Source: Octopus bimaculoides (Eukaryota). From it: 64,000 bases of DNA. The stretch spans positions 58,338,100 to 58,402,099 of the forward strand of contig NC_068992.1 of NCBI RefSeq assembly GCF_001194135.2, given 5' to 3'. This document shows, in pieces, positions 13,860 to 27,330 of the stretch (positions within the stretch are counted from its first letter, which is position 1; each line of letters starts with the position of its first letter). The notes beneath the pieces are model-generated. The model was not told the origin of the DNA, made no database searches, and saw only the letters and a program-made list of their open reading frames with translations. The translations under genes were made by a program, and so were the position numbers.

Positions 13860-14180
13860 TCTGAAAAAAGGAATTGAGCTAGGTATTGAGCACTTATGAA
13901 AAGAAGTCTTGCCAATTGTACACTCACTGTTGGTGCAGTTTACAGCATTGAAATCTCCTGCCCTTATAGATGAGCCAGTAAGATACTCCTTTACATGATA
14001 AGTCACTCTGTTAGAAATAGTAAGCAAACCTTTCTCAAACCACACTCAAAATAAGAGACACACTGGACAAGATGATATAGTCCTAGAGATACATTGGATA
14101 AAATATAATCCTAGAGACACTATAGCTAAAACTGGGAGGGGAGGAAACAAGAATAAAAAAGCCAACGGCTGGAATGTCTT
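13860..14180 (-). mobile_element. Degraded LINE APE-endonuclease fragment
   Basis: GSSIRAGDFNA resembles the conserved GDFNA motif. The surrounding sequence is degenerate. Confidence 0.45.
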
Positions 14181-17096
14181 AGGTTACAGGAATATTTGAT
14201 AGAACTGAGCTCAGGTTAAACAACAAACTAGCATATGGAAGCTATTTATAGTTAGGTGGAGAGACATTACACGACTTTGAAATGCATATATCATAGTCCA
14301 AATAACAAGATATGAACCATCAACTGCTTGACTGGGAATTCAATACCCAATGAATTCAATCATCTGCAGTTATCTTTTCACGAAAGCTAAAGCACAAATT
14401 TTGCAAGACCAGGCGACACTACTCTCAATCAACATCAGTCTATTACTGATCTCTAACCCTTTAACATCCAGAATACTCTGTCAAATCTTATGTTTATTTA
14501 TTCACATTGTTTTAAATTAATCATGTATTATCTCATAACTTTGAGATTTCGATGAGGTGATTGTTAATTTTTTTAGAATAACATTGCAGGAAAAGTATGA
14601 GAGACTGAATCTGGATGGTTTGAACATAAAACAGGTAGATGAAAGGGCAGTATTCATGACCTCTTACCTTTCAATAGTCTCTGAGACTGAGAGGAGAAAA
14701 GGAAGGAGTTATCCTGCAACTGGAGACCCAGCCTGAATGCTTGCAACACACTCAACTCCATTAGAGATACCCAAGGACCAGGTGGAAGTGAGTTAAACTA
14801 GGAAAGAAATTCACTCTTATACCCCGAGAACTCAAAATGCGTAAACCTGGAACAAATACTACAAATACTACTATTTTATTAGACACTCTAACAATTTCAC
14901 CACTCCAGTATCTTGGACTGATATTTTATTGACCCTGAAAGGCTGAAAGGCAAAGCTAGCATTGGCAGGGTTTGAACTCAGAACACCAAGAACTGAACAA
15001 ATACCAGAAGACACTTTATCCTCTGCTTTAACACCTCAGCCAATCCACCACCTCAAGTGAAATTTATGCTGGATGAATAGGAGATTGTGTGATATTTATG
15101 CCTTTCTCAGGAACCTTGACAATATAAGTAAAATGAAATAGCCACTAGTGTTAATCAAGCTAAGTTATGAACTTGACTATTTCTTGCATCACGACAATCA
15201 CCACGATTAAGACTAAAGAATTAATTAAGAACCAACAACCAGGAAGAACTGGATAAACAAAAGATAAAATTTAGAAAAATAACATATATATAAATGTATC
15301 AGACAGATGACCAATTCTTACTGGAATGAGTATGAAAAAAGGGTACAAAACTATGACGGGTCAGGTTTCGAAAGATTCCACAAGGTTAGTTTGTTGATAG
15401 AATGAAGGATGATAAATATAAATCAAGAATTTGTTTATATTTATTATATTCACAGACTTGCAAGATCCTTGGGAATTTTACAGCTTATAAATGACCTTGT
15501 TTCTATTTTGCCGCATAAATCTATACATCTTCATTATTTTTCTCTGTTGGTTACTACAGATTATTATTTGGTCATTGCTTAATTATTACTAGTTATTCAC
15601 TAGTTATTTCTACTATTGCTTAGTAACTGCTTAGGTATCCCCAGCTATTGCTTGGTTATTACTAGTTAGTATTTGGTCCACTTTCTTACAAAATCCTTTC
15701 AACTGAAGTCTCCATTCGACAGTTAAGATTTTGTGAAGACATCTGCAGTTGAAGGCAGAGCCAGCTGAAGGTATCAACACCAAGTTTTTAGCAGATATTG
15801 TTTCTTGGTTTACTCATTTTTTTTTCTAACCAAACTAGCCTGAGTGGAATAGTTATTTTTGCCCACCAAATCACAGTAAGAATTGATAGGTGTCAGATGG
15901 TTGTCATAATCGAGTGGTTGTCATTAACTAGCAGCAATATAACTTTTGTACCAAGCGATGCATTATAAAATGACAGCAGCATGGCTCCAGGCTAAAACTA
16001 ATACATCTTTATGTCTTTATTTCACTGAATCTAGTCTTTGTAGAGAAATACTCAGCAGTGGGAAAAAAAAAAATTATATGAAACAAAACACACAAACAGA
16101 AAATTTAAAAAGGAAAAATAAAAAAAGATAATTCTCAAATTTTCAGATTCATCCAACTCTAAAACAAAAAATTCCACAAATTCTTTAAATATTCACTGGG
16201 AGAAAAAATTTAAAAAATACTTCCCTAATGTTCATGAATAAATAATTTGAATGGAATAAATGTCAAGGGTTAAACTTTACTATTCTGATTCAGGTCAGAT
16301 TTATGTTGTAGTTATTTACTTAAGGGGCCAATGTGCATAGGACGTTTGAAGATCAGATGAGAAACAGGTTTTTAACATGATATGGCCATAGTATGACAAA
16401 TATGAGGATGATGATGATGATGATGCTAGCAATAGTTGCTTATTTAAGCAATCACTCCTAGGATCATTTCCACCATATCTGATAAGAAAGTGCACACAAA
16501 ACATTTTATTATATATCAGTCGATAAAACAGATCACATAAAAAAATACTGAATTTGTAAAGCATTTGAAATTTACGAGCAATATGATAAGCAATATGTAA
16601 ATAGATGTAAGAGAAAATCAAGTGAACAAACATATCGAATTTAAAACAACCAATGGAGGCACATACCAGTTTAGAGCAATTGTAAATAAAGATAATTTAA
16701 TATGATGTGATAAAATATTTTATATTTTTAGGACATTCATAAAAACAATTAGTAAAAACATTCAAAGTGATTTTAGTTTTAGTTTTATGTTCCAAGAGCA
16801 TTCCCAAAACGAGTATAAAATGGTTGTATTTCCACAATACCAGTCTTTGAACTTACAAAGTCTTTGAAAATAATGCTGTTTGTTAGCTAAATTGCATCAT
16901 TAGTTTAAGATAATGTCCACAAGGCAGACAGACAGATACCTTAAGATATCAAAACATGAGGCATGCTGGAAAACATTGACAAAATGGATTAAAAGACTGG
17001 GTGCTATGAGAGCCATATGTCTTATCAATAGCCATACATAACATGGTCCCAATATTAGGATATATACTACCCATTTCTCAGTTGGTCACATAGTAG

Positions 17097-17315
17097 TTAA
17101 CTCTTTCAATACTAACCTGCCTCAGACTGCTTCTGATTCTAGGATACAAACTTCTTGTCTTAAAGTGACTTCCATTAAAATTTCATGTTAAAATTTATAC
17201 CAAATACCAGCTTCGTAATGACAAAAGTTAATTTGCTAAATTCTTCATTATTTTCAAAATAATTTGAAACAAAAGCAGTGCATTTCAGTAGAAATATGGT
17301 AACAAAAGGATTGAA
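17097..17315. mobile_element. MITE-like family B; second copy near 42605-42838
   Basis: Two dispersed homologous copies (aacctgcct.agactgc...atatggta.caaaagg) with degenerate TTAA-type ends. Confidence 0.55.
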
Positions 17316-18497
17316 TTATCTGACTGTCACCTTAAAATCTGGTGGCAATGTTATGAGGCAACAAAAGAGCAGTCAACTATCATGCTAGATTTAGCAGTCA
17401 AACAACCTTCAGAATACAGCCTACTTTTTAAAAAAATGCAAAATAAAAACTCAATACATTTGATAATATAATCCTAGAAACATTAGACTCTCTTTTATCT
17501 CTTTTACTTGTTTCTGTCATTGGACTGTAGCCTTGCTGGGGAACTACCTTAAAGGGTTTAGATGAACAAATTCCTAGCATTTATTTTAAAGTCTGATACT
17601 TATGTTATTGTCTCTTTTGCTGACCTGTTATGGGGACATAAACTAACCAACACCAGTTATCAAGTGATGGTGGGAAACAGATACACATGTACGTACAACA
17701 AGCTTCAGCACAGTCTCCATCTATGAAATTCATTCACATTGGGCAACCTATAGTAGAAGGCATTTGCTCAACGTGCCAGGCAGTGGAACTGAACTCCAAA
17801 GTCCACTTTGCATGTGGCTGCGGAGTGAGCTTCTTAATAACACAGCCACACTTATTATTAAAAAAATATAATAATAATAAAAAAGTTGACACATTTGATA
17901 ATATATCCCTAGACACATTACATTTGACAGAAAAAAAATCTAAAAATAAACCAGGACAATCATGGATGGCTGGATTATCTTTGACCATGAGTTTTACTTT
18001 GATGAGGGCTGACCAAAGAAGAAACAACAACAGAAACAAAAATTGTAAAAGCATTGATTTCAGTTTAATATTAAATGAAGAACATTCAATCACCATAAAG
18101 ATGGGGGCCATTTTTTTAGGAGGTAAAAGACAAAACAAAACCAAAAAAAAAAGCCTTATTCCAGCCTTGTTGAAATGTCTTTAGTGGTCTGAAAATTACT
18201 CATCAAATCATGCAAGAGATCATAATTTTTTTTTTTTCAATTCCATCATTTCATTATATTTTATATGAATACATCAAAATTAATATCATGACTATTAATC
18301 ACCATCATTGTCCTCCTTATAACCATAAATGCTGTTAAGAATTGATTTAGCCTTTATTTCAAAGTTATCTGCCCCGGATCACAGATTCTCATTTGTACAG
18401 AGGAAGATAGAAATCAATACGTCAAATTCAAGAAATCAATATACTATGAAGAACTTGTTTTATTAGCTCTATGTGGTTGTGGAAGTACTACTACTAC

Positions 18498-18590
<93 letters not shown>

Positions 18591-19199
18591 CATCATCATC
18601 ATTATTATTAAGGCAGCAAGCTGGCAGAATTGTTAAACACACTAGGAAAAATGCTTAGCAGCTTTTCGTCCATCTTTATATTCTGAGTTCAAATTCCACC
18701 AAAGTCAACTTTGCTCTTCATCCTTTTGCAGTCAATAAAATAAGTACCAGTTGAGCACTGGGGTTAATGTAATTGACTTACCTCTCTCTCAAACTTGCTA
18801 GTCTTGTGTCAAAATTTGAAACCATTATTATTATTATTATTATTTAACTGTTTAGTAAGGGAGGGAAAGGTAACACCCTTGACTATTTTTTCAGGTTCTC
18901 TGAGAAGAGATGAAGAAAAGAAGTCACTCTCAACATGGAGACCTGGCCTGAGTACTTACAACAGAGCGAACTCCAATCAAGTCACTCAAGGACCAAGGAT
19001 GGTGTTGAAATGGGTGATGATTTGAGTCTAGAGAGCACAGAATGCACAGTGCCAGAAGAGATTCAGTGAGGCATCTTACCTGAATTTTCAACAATTCTGC
19101 CAGTCCACTACTTTGGATTGGTAATTTATTTTATCAACCCTGAGGTCATAGCACCAGTACTACAGACATGTGATTAGAATGTGAAAGAATCACAAGACA

Positions 19200-19340
19200 G
19201 ATTCTACAAGCCAAACCAACTGGTAGGAGAGACTTAGGGATACATGAAGAGTGTGATGGTTAGATAATATCCAGAGTCTCAGTTGGTCACGCATGAGAAT
19301 TCAACCAGAAAGTCTAATGACGGTTGCTTCTGATAGGACT
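19200..19340 (+). mobile_element. Degraded RTE 3' fragment
   Basis: ILQAKPTGRR followed by a degenerate RW.DNI region. Confidence 0.5.
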
Positions 19341-20259
19341 TTAGGGAGGAGGTGCCTTAGAACTCTACCCTATGACCATCCTAAGAATAGCAGGCAGAAA
19401 AGATGGCTGGAATGGTCTTGAAAGGATGAAAAGCAAAGTTTACCTCTGTGGGGTTTGATCTCAGAGTGTAGAGACAACTGGAACAAATATTTTAAGGCAT
19501 TTTATAATGTGCTCCAATGATTCTGCCAATCCACCACCTGTTGATCTTCATAGTTATTGCACTTAAGACAGTCACTTTCTGATCTTCAAGCTATCTAAAC
19601 CAATTCTTCTGCTTGAAGAGTAAATAGGAGTTTCTCTGAATATTATTCTGATTTCCAAATCTTACAAGAAACTTTAAGCAAAGGTACAAGCTCAACATTT
19701 ACTTTGTATATCTACTACCAAGCAAACTCAGTGGTGACCACAAATGTTCCACTGTCATCTCAACAAATTTCTTCCTAAGTACCTATCACATTCATTCCTG
19801 CATCATTGTACACGCACACACACACATATATATAAAACAATATTGTTATTTACTCTTTGAGGGTTACAACATATCTATTTGATAAACATGCCTTGGGTAG
19901 GCAAACAATTCTTTTGATAATTGACTGAAGTACCATCAATCATTTTTTGGTTAATCAAAAGACGTAACCTTTACACTGCTATTCAAACATTTTGCTAGCC
20001 AGCTTCTTGCATGAAGTGCTATTGAGGTGATCACCTGGATTTTACATGTTTCCTCAATTTTATATATTACTGATGCTCTGTTAATATGAATGTTGTCAGC
20101 TCTATGTTAAGCAAGTATCTTTTTGTAGAATTTATTTCTTTTATTTGTTTCGGCCATATAGCAGCAGTCATGCTGGAGCACCCACTTTGGTTTTGTACCT
20201 TTGCCACATCTTTGTTGTTTGGCTAATTTCTTCAGAGCGGTGGATGATGTCATATCACC

Positions 20260-20800
20260 ACAACTACATGTGCTTTTTATCTTGGTTGTTGGCCTATTTG
20301 GTGTATGAGGGAATTTGACACTGCTGTCCTCATCAGTACCAGATAAGCCAATAGCTCCTCTGGTATAGAGGACTGAAGAATATCCAGTTACTTTTACAAA
20401 AACATCTACATCCACATTGAGGAGGTTTAATTATTTTGACAGACAATTAAAGAGCTGCAGGCTTTTGAACCCTAAACTACTGCAGTATTTGGTCCTGACA
20501 TTAAGTGGGGTGCAAGGTACCCTTGGTACAATGCAATGGTATCCAGCTTCAGTATTTGTATAACACTCGATGCCAAAATTAGGTACTAGCCCTTCCAGAA
20601 TTTTCTATATGTAAATTATTACATATTTCTTGCATCTTTGCTTCAGGGAGCAAAGTCATAGTTTTTTCAGCTTCTCCCAGTGGTTCATCTGCCGCACTGA
20701 CACAATATTTTTAGTGTAGTAACATTGAATCGCTTCAAGCTCAGAGCTTAGCTTGGCACTATGCGGTGACCATAGCTGAAAGTAGTGATCCAGGTGGCAG
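20260..20800 (-). mobile_element. CR1-clade LINE C-terminal fragment
   Basis: HYFQLWSPH...ELEAIQCYYTKNI...HWEKLKKL*LCSLKQRCKKYVIIYI*KILEGLVPNFGI...LQLFNCL...LDILQSSIPEE...AVSNSLIHQ. Confidence 0.8.
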
Positions 20801-20959
20801 AACAAAGGTCATTTTGTATTAATTTTCAAATTTTTTGGATATTTGCTATTCAAAGACACACAGCAATGCTAACAGACACACACACATGCACACTTGGCAA
20901 CATCCAAATAACAAAGATGAGAAGAAAATAAGTTGCAGGATGAAAGTCAGTCAAGGTTC

Positions 20960-21019
<60 letters not shown>

Positions 21020-21324
21020 NNNNNNNNNNNNNNNNNNNNNNNNNNNNNNNNNNNNNNNNNNNNNNNNNNNNNNNNNNNNNNNNNNNNNNNNNNNNNNNNN
21101 NNNNNNNNNNNNNNNNNNNNNNNNNNNNNNNNNNNNNNNNNNNNNNNNNNNNNNNNNNNNNNNNNNNNNNNNNNNNNNNNNNNNNNNNNNNNNNNNNNNN
21201 NNNNNNNNNNNNNNNNNNNNNNNNNNNNNNNNNNNNNNNNNNNNNNNNNNNNNNNNNNNNNNNNNNNNNNNNNNNNNNNNNNNNNNNNNNNNNNNNNNNN
21301 NNNNNNNNNNNNNNNNNNNNNNNN

Positions 21325-21441
21325 CGTGGAGCTTTAGGTGTTTTCGCTCAATAAACACTTACAACGCCCGATCTGGGAATTGAAACCGCGATCCTATGAC
21401 CGCGAGTCCGCTGCCCTAACCACTGGGCCATTGCGCCTCCA
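21325..21441 (-). mobile_element. 5' part of the same tRNA-derived SINE, truncated by an N gap
   Basis: Near-identical reverse complement of 26762-26878. Confidence 0.9.
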
Positions 21442-22279
21442 GGTGTGTGTGTAGGCACACGATAAAAAAAAAAAAAAAATTTCACAAAGCCAGCAAAGTA
21501 ATCAGTAATTAAAGGAGTAATTATCATAAAGAAGTGAACTGTAACCAGTGTGTATGATTCTTTCTCTATGTCTTCACACTGACATCAACTGAATAGTAGT
21601 GATATTGATATCTCATGTAAAAATATATCCTTGTAGCTTGGTGATTTCAGTATGGGAAAATGACAATAAAAAATGACTTACTTGAAAAATAACATGAAAG
21701 AAAAATACAGCTCATAAAAAGTATTAGTAAATATTTATACGAAGATATTGATCAGTAAGATAAACAATCTATCTATCTATCTATCTATCCATCCTTAAGA
21801 TATCTTGCTGATGTTTTTATCAATATAATGATTTGTAGTACAATCCATAAAACTTCATAATGTGCAAGAAAACTGACTTCATTTGTGACTTAACATGATT
21901 TTTTCCTCAGTGACCTTAATAATGTTGCACAAAGCAAGGTGGGTGAAATGAGGTCAGCTGCTTGGAGTGAAATTGGGAGGGAGTACAACATCTCAAGTTC
22001 ATACTGATTGGCCTCAGTGTTTGCTTTCAATAGAGTGTCATCTTACCAAAATCCAAAAGAAAGATTGGAAATGAAAAGGGGTGGGATGGGGGTAGGGCAG
22101 TTTGAGAATGTTTATGCCATTTCCATATTCATTTATTTGTAGCTTTAAATGACGTTTGAAATGGATCTAAATGAGAAAATGCAAGTCAGACAAAGGCTTG
22201 CTTGCAGGCACCTTTAACTATGCACACATGCATGCACATGCACAAACACACACATATGCATAAGCACACAGACATAGGT

Positions 22280-22770
22280 ATATACATATGTATGTAGTCA
22301 ATCCAAACAAGAACACGCAAGAAGAAACAACAACGCGAGGACGTGGAGTAAGTACAGTGTTACTGGACGCTCAAGAAAGAAAAGAAAAGAAAGAGGATTA
22401 ACGTTTCAAGCGGAGCTCTTCATCAGAAATATAGAAAAAGTCCAAAGAAGGGAAGACGGGGAAAGAAAATCGCCAACGATACACACGCGTTCACATGTTG
22501 AAATGACTGGAAGGGAATGGGTGAAGAAAAAGTTCTTTCTAAGACAGAAGAGTGCAAGAGAAGGAGGTATGTGTAGGTATGTGCGAGCACGCAGGTGTGT
22601 GTGTGTGTGTGTGTGTGGTTGTGGCTGTTTATGTATGTGAGTGGTTGGACTAGTGTCACTGAAGGTCATAGGAAGAATTTATAGTAAGAATTTTGGTAGG
22701 AGTGGCTGTCTGTTGTGTGTCTCCCGACACATGGTGTAGGAAAATGGTCAGTAGAAAGTGTTTAACTGGT
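22280..22770 (-). mobile_element. Penelope-like 3' end: degenerate GIY-YIG tail, (CA)n and pseudo-LTR
   Basis: PVKHF...H remnant at 22640-22770. A hammerhead motif lies downstream on the same strand. Confidence 0.6.
22396..22430 (-). ncRNA. Minimal hammerhead ribozyme motif
   Basis: Minus strand reads attt-CTGATGA-A-GAGC-TCC-GCTT-GAAAC-GT-T-aatc. Both core boxes are canonical, helix II is 4 bp, and the ACGT helix III is palindromic. Helix I is weak. Confidence 0.6.
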
Positions 22771-24765
22771 ATGTGTGTGTGCATGTATGTGTGTTTTGTG
22801 TGCAGTGTGTGTATTTGTATGTATGTACGTGTGGGTATGTGTGTATGTGTGTATGTGTTAGGTTGTGTCTGTGGAGTAAATGTAAGTTACTCTCTGTGTG
22901 TGTGCGTATGTGTGCTTGTATGTGCGTGATGCGAAAATAAGTTTGTCGTTTTTGCATATGAGCAGAAGTGTAAAAAAAAAGAATTTATTCAGATTCAATA
23001 AATTGGTTTCAAACTTTCATGATTTTGAATGCATGACATGGAAGGATTTGAAGCTATGCTGAATTTGTCTTGAATGTAATTAGAGTTTGAAAATTACTCC
23101 TTTTTAAGCAGAAATTATGGCTAAAATTGTCATCAGCAGAGCTACAGTTTGGTTGATTGAAGTTGATAACGAAGTCAGAATGAATGAATGAAAACTTGCA
23201 TCAATAAGTTAAGGTTGTATTTCTCCAGGGAATGTCCCTGAGACTGCCTGGACCACATGACAGCAGCAACAACAACTGCACCAAAATGCAAGATTGTTAC
23301 TCCATGAATGTGTGATGAGAAAATATGAACAAGTTGTCAGAATAACTAAAAATAGAGAAACAAGATTACTTGCTTGTATACAAGTGACAATAAGTTATAT
23401 ATCTGATTGCCTATGTGTTTGAGAACATGAACTACAGCAGTGTAAATAATCTGCTCGATATGTTCCTATAGTTTATTCAGTTGTGGTTTGTATTTTCAAA
23501 TAAGCATATTTCTTTTTTTTTTATATTTTTTACTTCTTAAGCATTTAAACTGGCCATATCCAGTCCAAATATCCTACCTGTTTATGCTCAAACTGGTCAG
23601 ATCCAGCTTCTCAAACCTATCTGACAATGTTGTTTTTAAAGTAAACAATCACACCATCAAAATCTCGAAGCTATGAGGTAATGCATAATTAATTCAAAAC
23701 AATGTGAATAAATAAGCATTTCATTGGATAGAATAATTTGTATTCTAAAGGGTTAAGTCATTGGATTGTAGCCATGCTAGGGCACTGCTTTGAAGGGTTT
23801 AGTCGAACAAATTGATCCTTAGTACTTATTTTAAAACCTTATTCTGTTGCTCTCTTTTGCCGAACTACTAAGGCTCGGTCGACAAAAGAAGTGCTAGTCT
23901 GTCTTGTCTTCTCACCTTGCAGTTGTCTTCACTTTGCCATAGTCACAGATAGAAGAAAACTTTCCATTCAAAAGAAAACAGGACAATTTTCACAGGGGTC
24001 ATAGCTGATAGCTGATTCCACCCTACACTTGGCAACAAAAAATCAACAATCAATAATCAAATACTGAACAGTAAAAGTCTGCATAATGGTTTCATTGGTG
24101 ACACACTGCTGCCACGTTTTTATCCCTGACTGGATCTTTTCTTTGTCAAAATATATTTTTGATGGGATATAATGTTCATGAAATCACCTTGAAAGTTACT
24201 AACATTTATGCTCACTAAAGTTTGTTTGTATTTGTGTGTGTGTGTGTGTGTTATTGCTTACTTTTCTTATCTATAAATGTTTGAATCAGTACTATCCCAG
24301 TTTCTTGTCATGAAGTAATTTATTTTGTCCTGTGTTTTTAGCTTTTTTTTTTTTAAATTTATATTTGTTTCCTGTATGGTTGAATTTATTTTCACAATTT
24401 TTCTTTAAAGAGCATTACTTCTTGTAGATATTTTATAAATATAAATGTGCACAAATATTGAGTTTCTATCAAGCCTTTCCTCACAACTCCTCTTCGAACA
24501 CTCAATCTTCCATCATTCTTCTGCAGTACTTTGTTTCCTTCCTTCAGTTCTCCACTGTCCTGGGGGCCGATTTGCTCGACTAAAGGTGGTGCACCAGCAT
24601 GGCCACAGTCAAATGACTGAAACAAGTAAATGAATAAAAGAAAGAATATAGGCATAAGGCCTGGAATTTGCAGTGGGGTTATAACTGATTATATTGACCC
24701 CAGTGCTTGACTGGTTCTCATTTTATTGACCTCAAAAGGATGAAAGCAAAGTCGATCCCGGCGGA

Positions 24766-24819
<54 letters not shown>

Positions 24820-26599
24820 TGGAACATTGTTGACATTCTGGAAACTGATAGCAACATTTTCAAGCTCAATCAATTTCTTCTACAGACAGTCCCTCTTTCT
24901 CTCTCTCTCTCTGTCACACACACACACACACACAAACACATATACCCACAGACAGGTACATAAACACATACTTGTACAAGTAGATAAACACACACACATA
25001 TATATATATATATATACATACATATATAGATACACACATACACAAACTCACATGGATATACATACAACTGACATGCACACAAACACACATATATGCACAT
25101 ACACTCAAACATGTACACACAGAGAATACAACCTAAAACCAAAAATCACAACACATCGTAATAAAAAAGAAAAACCATCTGAACAAACCTACAAAGATAA
25201 ATAAAAAAGGTAAGAAAATAAAAATATGTCGCTGAATCCTTAATGAAAGCAATATCGAAGGGAAATACTCAGATCAAAAGGAAGCAACAACTACTTTTTA
25301 TGCCCAAACCAAGAAATCCTCACACACACACACACAAATTCCAAAAACAGCAATGCTTTTATGAACAAAACATACAGCTTACTTCCAATGGAAGCAGATA
25401 ACAGCATTTCTTCTAAAAGAACAAGTGAAGTTATCTCACCACCCTACCAAAAAAAAAAAAAAAGAAATAACAAATTAACTAGAAATAGATATATCCAGAA
25501 TGTAGTGATCGAAAACAGAAATAAAATGTCAAATAATAGGTTTGCTTAGCATGTAAAAAAGAAAGAAATAAAGACCCAGCCAGACAAATATGTATAATCA
25601 AAATATCAGGCCTTGTACAACACACACACATATAATCAATACATGAATTATACTGCTGTGTACAACATGTTACATATTGTTCAATACCTAATACAGATAC
25701 ATACATACGGCATATGAGATTGTTGCTCAGTTGAGCAATAAAATTACAGAATAAATAGAAAAGCTGTTGTAATATCAATAATATTTCAAGGCGGTGAGCT
25801 GGCAGAAACGTTAGCACGCCGGGTGAAATGTTTAGCGGTATTTCATCTGTCTTTACGTTCTGAGGTCAACTCTACCTTTCATCCTTTTGGGGGTCGATAA
25901 ATTAAGTACCAGTTGTGTACCAGGGTCGATCTAATCGACTGGCTCCCTCCACAAAAATTTCAGGCCTTGTGCCTAGAGTAGAAAAAAATATCACTAATAA
26001 TTCTTTCTAATTTTAGCACAAAGCCAGCATTTTTTTCTTCTAAGGAGATGTAGCAAATGAATTGCATAAACCTCAGAGCTTAACTGGTACTTAATTTTAT
26101 CAACCCCCGCAAAGATGAAAGGCAAGGTTGGTCTCAGTGGAATTTGAACTCAGAATGCAAGGAACAACAAGAAAAACTGTTAAGCTTCTTGTCTGGCATG
26201 CTAACAATTCTAAAAGAAATTATTTCTGACACGTATAGATCTTCCATGAAATTACCTTGGGGAATTATGTAGCTAATGTTTCAAACAGAATCCTTCATTA
26301 GACCAAAAAATGACAAGAGAGAAATAAAAGAAAGGCAAAAGAATTTTACATCCTCTATATGTAAGATACTGGCTGCATATACATGCATGCATACACATAC
26401 ACACGTATATATTATTTGTAAAGAAATATATGAAGAGTCTGATATTCATTTTTGCAAAGAATGCCAAAAACATGTAGTATCATGAAACTATGGATGTGAT
26501 TATTGTGTAACTATTGTGATAGCCACACATGAATATTGTTTCATTACTATATTGCTTGTGTCGACTTAACTATTGGATGTTGTTATACACTGCTGTTCA

Positions 26600-27330
26600 C
26601 AATGCACTTCCAGTTCTTTCTCAACTGCATTCTTCTTTTCCATCTTGGTTCAGATTATTTAACTAAATCATATTTCCATAATTGTGAAGGCCTTCCAAGT
26701 GGCCATTTTCCTATCACTTAGATACTACTCAGCAAATGCACAGCTCTACTTCTTGCCTATGTGGAGGCGCAATGGCCCAGTGGTTAGGGCAGCGGACTCG
26801 CGGTCATAGGATCGCGGTTTCGATTCCCAGACCAGGCGTTGTGAGTGTTTATTGAGCGAAAACACCTAAAGCTCCACGAGGCTCCGGCAGGGGGAGGTGG
26901 CGAACCCTGCTGTACTCTTCCACCACAACTTTCTCTCACTCTTACTTCCTGTTTCTGTTGTGCCTGTGTCACGCTGAATATCCCCGAGAACTACGTTAAG
27001 GGTACATGTGTCTGTGGAGTGCTCAGCCACTTGCACGTTAATTTCAAGAGCAAGCTGTTCCGTTGATCGGATCAACTGGAACCCTCGACGTCGTAAGTGA
27101 TGGAGTGCCAATAACAACTTCTTGCCTGTAAACCTTGCAACACGTCCACCCAAGTAGAACTTGTGCCTTCAGTATTCTGCAGTCACGTCATTCACTCTGC
27201 CTGATCCTCGAATCACCTCATTTTGGATACGTTCTTGTAGCAATTTTCCTAGTATGGATCTTTCCATGGCCTTCAGCATTGCAGCCAATCAATGTTCTTT
27301 CCTCTCCATAGTAGCCTATGTCTTACTTGT
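26600..27330 (-). mobile_element. RTE LINE C-terminal fragment interrupted by a younger SINE
   Basis: LKAMERSILGKLLQERIQNEVIR...KFYLGGRVARFTGKK on one side of the SINE and KWPLGRPSQLWKYD on the other. Confidence 0.85.
26759..27116 (+). mobile_element. Full-length, young tRNA-derived SINE with 11-bp TSD
   Basis: A-box tggcccagtgg and B-box gtttcgattcc. TSD acttcttgcct at 26748-26758 and 27117-27127. CpG-rich. A second copy lies at 21325-21441 (-), and tail-related sequence at 28-230 and 39560-39710. Confidence 0.92.

Noticed and set aside
15700-15790. Splice-site-bounded segment on the minus strand
   Set aside because: It translates as AFNCRCLHKILTVEWR, an RTE motif.
20199-20372. Apparent 174-bp minus-strand exon with plausible splice sites inside ORF 20107-20415
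   Set aside because: Another frame reads LDILQSSIPEE...AVSNSLIHQ, continuous with the CR1 LINE remnant upstream, so it is TE-derived.
26762-26835. tRNA gene
   Set aside because: It is the head of a dispersed SINE with a body, tail and TSD, and I could not draw a full cloverleaf.
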